From NCBI GenBank assembly GCA_964480345.1, contig CAYZNW010000002.1, forward strand, positions 524 to 64,523: 64,000 nucleotides of DNA, given 5' to 3'. The DNA is from an uncultured Candidatus Saccharibacteria bacterium (lineage in GTDB: Bacteria; Patescibacteriota; Dojkabacteria; SC72). Position 1 is the stretch's first letter; every line of letters starts with the position of its first letter. A program made the translations under genes and the position numbers. The notes beneath the pieces are model-generated. The model saw only the letters and a program-made list of their open reading frames with translations, did not search any database and was not told the origin of the DNA. Of this stretch, positions 58,109 through 64,000 are shown piece by piece.

Positions 58109-59193
58109 TGACAATTAATAATATGGAAAATGAGAATATAAACAGTAAACCAGGACAAATAGAAGATGGTGACAATAGAAATATTGCTCTAGATATGATG
58201 TCTGCAGTACCTACAGAGAATATTACGGATAAAGGAGAACTACTTCTCTCCACAGTATATCCAAAACCCTTAACCGAACATACATTAAAGAACATAGAGA
58301 GTAGTATGGAATCAGAGATCATCAACGGTATGTCAGTAGTAGCTGCAAGAGCATTTGATATGCAAACAATACAAAACTCAGAAGTTCCTGTACAAAGCGT
58401 TGACTACCCAATATTTTCTGGACTTAGAGAAATAACTTCAATATATGCAAAACGATTAAAAGAAGATGGTGTATCTCCCAAACAGTTTGTGAAAGCGGTT
58501 ACAAATATAGCTGGAGAGTACCTAATGCATACAACAGAAGAGAAAGGACAAAAAGATACAAAAGATTTGCTAAAAGATATGATGAGTAAAGAGAAATTTG
58601 GAATTTTAAGATTAGATTCAACTCAAGCATTTAGTGATATTCCTGCAACAGTCAGAATATTGAAAGATATGAAATCTAACTTAAATAATAGATCTTTCTA
58701 CAGTGCTGTAGAAATTAAACCTAGTGAAAAACTACCTGATTTACAAAGTAATCTTAATGCATATAATGATTTAAAAACTCGACTAGTAAACGAAGATCTT
58801 CCCCTACTCATTTCATTAGATATTAGAGCTATAGCTCCATTTTTTGAAGCAAGTAGAAATTTTGAACAGATGACTGATGAACAGAAAAGGATATTCTGGG
58901 AGCAATCTGAGGAGAAACGAATACAGTTTATTGACAATATCTTAACAAATTCTCCAAAAGATATTGGCCTCATAGAGCTTTCAGGAACAAATTACTACGA
59001 CAGAATCAATCATTCATCTCCATTTGAAGATAAGCCTTCACAAGTTACTGTAGATTTAGTACAGCAGAAAGAGAAATCTAACCCTACTTGGGGTCTACCA
59101 AATAGTAAGTTAGGCTTCATTATAGAAACTCACCCCGTAATACTAAAACAGTTCACTAAAGAGTTATCAGAAAAAGGTAAAACACTACTCTAA
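58108..59193 (+). CDS. hypothetical cytoplasmic protein (361 aa)
   Basis: Start overlaps the HelD-like stop. No recognisable motif. Confidence 0.4.
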   Translation: MTINNMENENINSKPGQIEDGDNRNIALDMMSAVPTENITDKGELLLSTVYPKPLTEHTLKNIESSMESEIINGMSVVAARAFDMQTIQNSEVPVQSVDYPIFSGLREITSIYAKRLKEDGVSPKQFVKAVTNIAGEYLMHTTEEKGQKDTKDLLKDMMSKEKFGILRLDSTQAFSDIPATVRILKDMKSNLNNRSFYSAVEIKPSEKLPDLQSNLNAYNDLKTRLVNEDLPLLISLDIRAIAPFFEASRNFEQMTDEQKRIFWEQSEEKRIQFIDNILTNSPKDIGLIELSGTNYYDRINHSSPFEDKPSQVTVDLVQQKEKSNPTWGLPNSKLGFIIETHPVILKQFTKELSEKGKTLL

Positions 59194-59585
59194 TGATAAA
59201 ATGTATAAACTGCAAAAAAGAATTTACAGAAAGTGACAGTATTGGAACTAAAAATCGTAATCACTGTCCTTACTGCTTAACCTCACTTCATCTTGATGAT
59301 AAGAAGCCTGGAGACAGGGAATCAAAATGTAAAGGTTTAATGAAACCAATAGCACTTACATTTAAAGATCCAAAAAATTCTAAATATAGTAAGGAAGAAT
59401 ACGGAGAACTAATGATAGTTCATCAATGCACTCTGTGTGGAAAAATGTCAAAAAACAGAGTAGCCGGAGATGATGATCCAGAAACGGTACTAGAAGTTCT
59501 ATCTAACTCTCAATCTCCAGTAGGTATTAATATTGCAAAAGAGAGTGATAGAGAAGAAATCAAAAGACAGTTACTTGGAGAGTAG
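59193..59585 (+). CDS. RNHCP-domain zinc-ribbon protein
   Basis: CINCKKEF...KNRNHCPYCL...CTLCGK contains the eponymous R-N-H-C-P motif flanked by CxxC pairs. Pfam RNHCP family recalled from memory. Confidence 0.5.
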   Translation: MIKCINCKKEFTESDSIGTKNRNHCPYCLTSLHLDDKKPGDRESKCKGLMKPIALTFKDPKNSKYSKEEYGELMIVHQCTLCGKMSKNRVAGDDDPETVLEVLSNSQSPVGINIAKESDREEIKRQLLGE

Positions 59586-59605
59586 AAAACTGGTACAATA
59601 CAGAT

Positions 59606-60172
59606 ATGAATAGTAAGAAATTTGCAAGAATAATCTCAGAGGTATTTAGTGGGTTTGCTTTAATGATTCTAACTGTTGCTATTCCTATACTTCTCTCAGA
59701 GCTTTCCGTTTCAAAAAAGCTTATTTATACCATCATATATACATTAATTCCTCTAATTTCATATTTCACAATAAAGAAGTATGCGAAAATATCTGACCAT
59801 GACCTAACAGATAGAAAAGAGAGACCACCATTTTTTGTTTCGTTGACTGTTCTATTTGGAATAATGTATGTATTTATACAGAGGGAGAACATAGCAACAT
59901 TAACTGACTCTTCACTAGCTCTTTTTGCATCAACCGCTATGCTTACCTTTATAACTTTCTTCTGGAAAATTAGTGGGCATATGACCTACTCAACCCTTTT
60001 CTTTACAACTATCTTATACATATCAAACAATCCTTACTTTCTTCTTCAATATATACTTACACCCATAATTGGTTGGTCAAGGATAAAACTTTCAAAACAT
60101 ACTTTAGCTCAAGTAGTAGCTGGAACATTAGTGACTTTAAGCATTTCTGTTCTAATTTACTTTGTATTCTGA
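59606..60172 (+). CDS. PAP2-family membrane phosphatase
   Basis: Motif 2 KISGHMTY (SGH) and motif 3 GWSRIKLSKHTLAQVVAG (SRx5Hx3(Q/D)). Polytopic, 188 aa. Confidence 0.5.
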   Translation: MNSKKFARIISEVFSGFALMILTVAIPILLSELSVSKKLIYTIIYTLIPLISYFTIKKYAKISDHDLTDRKERPPFFVSLTVLFGIMYVFIQRENIATLTDSSLALFASTAMLTFITFFWKISGHMTYSTLFFTTILYISNNPYFLLQYILTPIIGWSRIKLSKHTLAQVVAGTLVTLSISVLIYFVF

Positions 60173-60210
60173 TAGAATATCTGGCGTAATATATATACTC
60201 TTAACCATAA

Positions 60211-61662
60211 ATGGATAATTTCACATTAACTGAATTAAGTAAAAAACTTCAAAACAAAGAGATTTCTTCAAAAGAAATAGTTACTTACTATATGGATAGA
60301 ATTAAGAGGTATGACAAAAAACTTAATTCATATATTACTGTATGTGAAGAGGAGTCTCTAAAAAAGGCCGAAGAGTATGATAACAATTTTGAGAAATATA
60401 AAGAGAAGAAGTTAGCAGGAATACCTATTACATTAAAAGATGTTTTTTCTACAAAAGACATATTAACTACCTGTGCATCACACATACTTGATGGATACAC
60501 TCCTGTATTTAACGCTTCTGTAGTTGATAGAATATTAAATGAAGGAGCTATTATCCTAGGTAAGACAAATTTAGATCAGTTTTGTCATGGATCTGGTACA
60601 GCCACTTCATATTACGGTCCATCTAGAAATCCATGGGATTTAACAAAATTACCTGGAGGATCAAGTGGCGGATCTGCTTCAGCATTAGCAGCAGATTTAT
60701 GTACTGCATCTCTAGGAACAGAAACTGCAGGCTCCATAAGGTTACCTGCTTCTTGGTGTGGATTAGTAGGATTAAAACCTACATACGGAAGAGTACCAAG
60801 ATATGGAGTATTGGCAATGGGATCATCTTTAGATTCTCCTGGACCAATAACAAAATCTGTAGAGGATGCTGCCCTGTTACTTAGCATAATAGCAGGATAT
60901 GATTCAAATGATATGACATCATCTACTACAAAAGTACCTAACTATCTCAAAAATCTAAGTATTGAAAAGTTAAAGGGTATGAAAGTTGCACTACCAAAAG
61001 AGTACTTAAATCTACAAATAACAGATGGAGTTAAAGAAAATTTCATGAAATCTGTTGATATATTAAAAGGTTTAGGAGTACAGATTGAAGAGGTTAATAT
61101 ATTAGATCCAAAATACTCCATAGCTGTATATACAATTACATGTAGAAGTGAGGTGTCTTCTAATTTAGCAAGGTATGATGGTACTAGATACGGTCTGGAA
61201 GGAAGTAAGAGCAATAGTATAAAAGAGTATTATGAAAGTACAAGAGGAGAGGGTCTAGGAGAAGAGCCAAAGCGTAGGGTTATGACAGGAACATACTCTC
61301 TTTCGTCAGGATACTCTGATGATTATTTTAAGAAATCAGAACAGGTCAGACAGTTGATTAAGGAGAACTTAGATACGGTTTTAACAAAATATGATGCTAT
61401 AGTTGCTCCTACTACTCCATCAACAGCACTGTCTGACAAAGATGCAGAGAATCCACTCTTTGGAGAGATTGCAGATGTATTGGCCGAAGGAAGTTCAGAA
61501 GCAGGACTACCAGGTATTACTTTACCGTCTGGTCTATCTGATGGTATGCCAACAGGGGTACAGTTTATAGGAAGAAGATTTGACGAACAGAGTATATTAA
61601 ATCTAGCTTACGGAATAGAGAAAAACATAGAGAGGTTGATTCTTAAGGATATAAATATATAA
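60211..61662 (+). CDS. gatA: glutamyl-tRNA(Gln) amidotransferase subunit A (amidase signature family)
   Basis: Amidase signature GGSSGGSASALAA. The N-terminal KDVF..KD...TCAS pattern is typical of GatA. 483 aa. Confidence 0.85.
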   Translation: MDNFTLTELSKKLQNKEISSKEIVTYYMDRIKRYDKKLNSYITVCEEESLKKAEEYDNNFEKYKEKKLAGIPITLKDVFSTKDILTTCASHILDGYTPVFNASVVDRILNEGAIILGKTNLDQFCHGSGTATSYYGPSRNPWDLTKLPGGSSGGSASALAADLCTASLGTETAGSIRLPASWCGLVGLKPTYGRVPRYGVLAMGSSLDSPGPITKSVEDAALLLSIIAGYDSNDMTSSTTKVPNYLKNLSIEKLKGMKVALPKEYLNLQITDGVKENFMKSVDILKGLGVQIEEVNILDPKYSIAVYTITCRSEVSSNLARYDGTRYGLEGSKSNSIKEYYESTRGEGLGEEPKRRVMTGTYSLSSGYSDDYFKKSEQVRQLIKENLDTVLTKYDAIVAPTTPSTALSDKDAENPLFGEIADVLAEGSSEAGLPGITLPSGLSDGMPTGVQFIGRRFDEQSILNLAYGIEKNIERLILKDINI

Positions 61663-61669
61663 TTGGTTA

Positions 61670-62818
61670 ATGAAACTGTTAAGAGTAATTAGCATAATAG
61701 GGATTATACTTGGAGTAGCAGTGATTCTCCCATCTCTTTACCTCATACTTTTAAATGACCCCTCCTCTGCCCAAATTATTACAACATATAACCAGCAAGA
61801 TAGTAATGTTGAAGAAAATGATAATGAACCTGTCATAACAAAAAATAATATTAGTCAGAAAGATACACTCCCTGTAAAAAAAGAGTACATACTAGAAGAA
61901 TCTGGATGGATACCCTACTGGGCTTTTGATTTAGGAATAGAAAGTCTAAAAAACAACCTTTCTATTATAAAATCAGTAAGTCCTGTTCTTTACTCTATTA
62001 ATTCAAATGGCGCTTTACAAAAAAACAGTATACAAGCACTCTCTCTTACTAATGGAATTAGATATATAAAAGAAAATAATATTAAATTAATTCCTACTGT
62101 TAGTTCAAATAATTTTAATAATACAAATATTCTTTTTTCTAATGAATCTGTATATAAGAAAAATATAGATGACATATTAAATGAAATAGATATTAACGAT
62201 TATGATGGTGTAGATTTAGACTACGAATCTATACATACAAAACATAAGGATTCGTTCATTACATATTTAAAATTACTTTCAGAACAGTTACATAAGAAAG
62301 GTAAGATACTCTCTGTTACTGTATTTACACAATGGGAAAATGCTAAGTATTTAGATCATATAGAAACAAGAGTGGTACAAGATTACGCAACTATTTCTCA
62401 GTTAGCAGATGAGGTTAGGATAATGGCTTATGATTACACATCTCCACAATCAAAGACAGCAGGACCGATAGGACCTATCACTTGGATACGAGACACTCTA
62501 GAGTATGCTCTAAAATATTTTTCTAAAGAAAAGATTGTATTAGGTGTTCACCTATATAGTTATGAGTGGCAGGATTCAAAAGTATCAGCTTTGACTAATA
62601 CTACAGTGGCAAATATGTTAAACAAAGGGATAGCTAGAGAGTATAAGGAAGATATAGCAGAAGGGTACGCTACTTATGGTTGTAGTAATGGGTTGAAGTG
62701 TGAGATGTATTATCAAACCAAAGAGGGTATTAAACAAAGAAGAGAGATTGCAAAAGAATTTGGCATTAAAGGCATATCTTATTGGAGACTAGGTGGGGAA
62801 TTAGATATATTGAAGTAA
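61670..62818 (+). CDS. glycoside hydrolase family 18 protein (chitinase/peptidoglycan-hydrolase-like), membrane anchored
   Basis: N-terminal TM. Catalytic DxxDxDxE motif in DYDGVDLDYE. Confidence 0.7.
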   Translation: MKLLRVISIIGIILGVAVILPSLYLILLNDPSSAQIITTYNQQDSNVEENDNEPVITKNNISQKDTLPVKKEYILEESGWIPYWAFDLGIESLKNNLSIIKSVSPVLYSINSNGALQKNSIQALSLTNGIRYIKENNIKLIPTVSSNNFNNTNILFSNESVYKKNIDDILNEIDINDYDGVDLDYESIHTKHKDSFITYLKLLSEQLHKKGKILSVTVFTQWENAKYLDHIETRVVQDYATISQLADEVRIMAYDYTSPQSKTAGPIGPITWIRDTLEYALKYFSKEKIVLGVHLYSYEWQDSKVSALTNTTVANMLNKGIAREYKEDIAEGYATYGCSNGLKCEMYYQTKEGIKQRREIAKEFGIKGISYWRLGGELDILK

Positions 62819-62836
62819 CAAGAGATAAACAGCTTA

Positions 62837-63391
62837 TTATCTTTTCATATTACTTGTTAACCACTCTCCTACTTGATTCCATAAATCACTTTGTGGAATT
62901 CTCATTATTCCTTCATTCTCACACTGTGCTGTCGTCTTACCATCTTCTCTAAAAGACATAACTTGATCTACAGCTGTTGCTTTTCCTGATTCTTTTGTAA
63001 CAAAGTATCCCTTCGTATCGGAAGTAAAACTTTTGATTTGATCCTTATCAATATATGTAACACATTCTCGAAGTATTATATCTTTGTTCTCCTTGTCCTT
63101 CATTAAGTTGAGGAAATCTTGAGAGGTAAACCATTTGTTGACATACGCCATATATGGTCCTGGAAAACCATTAAGAGCAGGGATTATCCAACTACCATCA
63201 CTTACAATTAAAGGTTTCTGAACTTTCTCGTAAGCTTGTTTTGCTTTAAACTGAGATATTTCTACAATATCATCTGATTGAGGCTCTACAATCCCATCAA
63301 CTTTTAATCCTTCAACTTGGATATTAAAAGGCTCCAGCATACTATTTGCTGTTACTATCTTAGTTTGGTTTGATGTTATGTAGAGAAGCAT
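62837..63391 (-). CDS. non-canonical purine NTP pyrophosphatase (Ham1/RdgB/ITPase family); start trimmed to an internal ATG
   Basis: IVSDGSWIIPALNGFPGPYMAYV matches the Ham1 motif (DDSGL.VdAL.GaPGvyS). The track ORF start at 63448 would overlap tRNA-Lys. The ATG at 63391 precedes KIVTAN. Confidence 0.5.
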   Translation of the reverse strand: MLLYITSNQTKIVTANSMLEPFNIQVEGLKVDGIVEPQSDDIVEISQFKAKQAYEKVQKPLIVSDGSWIIPALNGFPGPYMAYVNKWFTSQDFLNLMKDKENKDIILRECVTYIDKDQIKSFTSDTKGYFVTKESGKATAVDQVMSFREDGKTTAQCENEGIMRIPQSDLWNQVGEWLTSNMKR

Positions 63392-63420
63392 TTGGAAAAG
63401 TAGATTAAAAATAATAATGG

Positions 63421-63493
63421 TGAGGCGCCCGAGACTCGAACTCGGCACCTACTGCTTAAAAGGCAGTTGCTCTACCGGATGAGCTAGCGCCCC
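63421..63493 (-). tRNA. tRNA-Lys (anticodon UUU)
   Basis: Manual cloverleaf. Acceptor GGGGCGC/GCGCCTC (one G.U), D-stem GCTC/GAGC, anticodon stem ACTGC/GCAGT with loop CTTTTAA, T-loop TTCGAGT. No encoded CCA. Confidence 0.8.
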
Positions 63494-63544
63494 ACATCTC
63501 AAATGACTCAGCATTATACTATCAAAGAAAGCAATATTACAACC

Positions 63545-64000
63545 CTACTCAATACCGTACATAATATTAGCCTTATCAGAAACCACTGAAGGTAGCTTGC
63601 CATCCCATTTCTCTATCCACATCTTCTTCAAAATCTCTGGTGTTAATGCAGCTGTTTGTACAGCATTTTTCTCTGCTTCTGCCTTTGCTGTTTGAACCTC
63701 ATACTGAGCCTTCTGTGTTAACTGCTCTGCAATCTGCTTAGCCTCAATAGCTTTGTCGAATTCTTTACTAAAAGTAATATCTGTTAAAGAGATATCATCT
63801 ACCCTAACCCAATATGTAACTAATCTTTCTGATAGTTTATCATCAATTGATGCCTTAACTTCCTCTCTCTTTGTCAAAAGCTCTTCTGCTCTATACTGAG
63901 AAAACACCCCTTTTACTACTTCTTGAATCGCTGGAAATATAACTTTTTCATACAACATATCATCATCACCTATTCGTCCAAAAATATCAGAAGCATCCTC
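63545..64000 (-). CDS. SPFH/band-7 (prohibitin/HflC-like) protein, C-terminal part; gene continues past the window end
   Basis: FSKEFDKAIEAKQIAEQLTQKAQYEVQTAKAEAEKNAV matches the SPFH C-terminal coiled region. The frame remains open to position 64000. Confidence 0.5.
   Translation of the reverse strand, partial: EDASDIFGRIGDDDMLYEKVIFPAIQEVVKGVFSQYRAEELLTKREEVKASIDDKLSERLVTYWVRVDDISLTDITFSKEFDKAIEAKQIAEQLTQKAQYEVQTAKAEAEKNAVQTAALTPEILKKMWIEKWDGKLPSVVSDKANIMYGIE

Noticed and set aside
1-64000. Alternative genetic code (UGA=Gly, as in some AT-rich uncultivated bacteria)
   Set aside because: Long housekeeping ORFs (dnaE 1130 aa, uvrB, nrdD, eno) are intact under the standard table with normal termini, so there is no evidence of in-frame UGA read-through.

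Overview
This is an AT-rich, very gene-dense bacterial chromosomal segment. Long ORFs are intact under the standard code, which argues against UGA recoding. The gene content and the many secreted hypothetical proteins suggest a small-genome, uncultivated-type bacterium. That taxonomic guess is inference only and has low confidence.

Content in order along the window:
1. A putative mobile defence island at the left edge: a 5'-partial hypothetical ORF, an XRE-family C-protein-like HTH regulator, a Type III restriction-modification pair (beta-class Mod plus a DEAH-helicase/PD-ExK Res), and a large serine recombinase.
2. A guanine/cytidine-type deaminase.
3. A long minus-strand gene array that encodes a fused ADP-forming acetyl-CoA synthetase, a two-subunit 2-oxoacid:ferredoxin oxidoreductase, several secreted or membrane hypothetical proteins (one is an 881-aa protein with an extremely Cys-rich N-terminus) and a DnaQ-like exonuclease.
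4. Two further Cys-containing secreted proteins separated by a 128-bp perfect direct repeat.
5. Housekeeping genes: eno, a RecD-like helicase, map, trxB, nrdR-nrdD-nrdG, lexA, mutL, uvrB, dnaE-uvrC, rplS, gpmI and gatA.
6. Four isolated tRNA genes (Pro-UGG, Gln-UUG, Gly-UCC, Lys-UUU), all on the minus strand.
7. LemA/DUF2207, FemAB-like/DegT-like, DedA, DUF192, a HelD-like helicase operon, PAP2, a GH18 hydrolase, a Ham1-type ITPase and a partial SPFH protein.

The most notable observation is that the glycyl-radical domain of the class III ribonucleotide reductase NrdD is not part of the 689-aa nrdD ORF. It is encoded by a separate 42-codon mini-ORF wedged between nrdD and nrdG, with stop codons in all three frames in the 28-bp spacer. 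Other points worth a second look are the 128-bp repeat, a GC-rich palindromic motif shared by two divergent promoter regions, the Type III R-M plus recombinase island, and a transglutaminase-like domain that lacks its catalytic cysteine.
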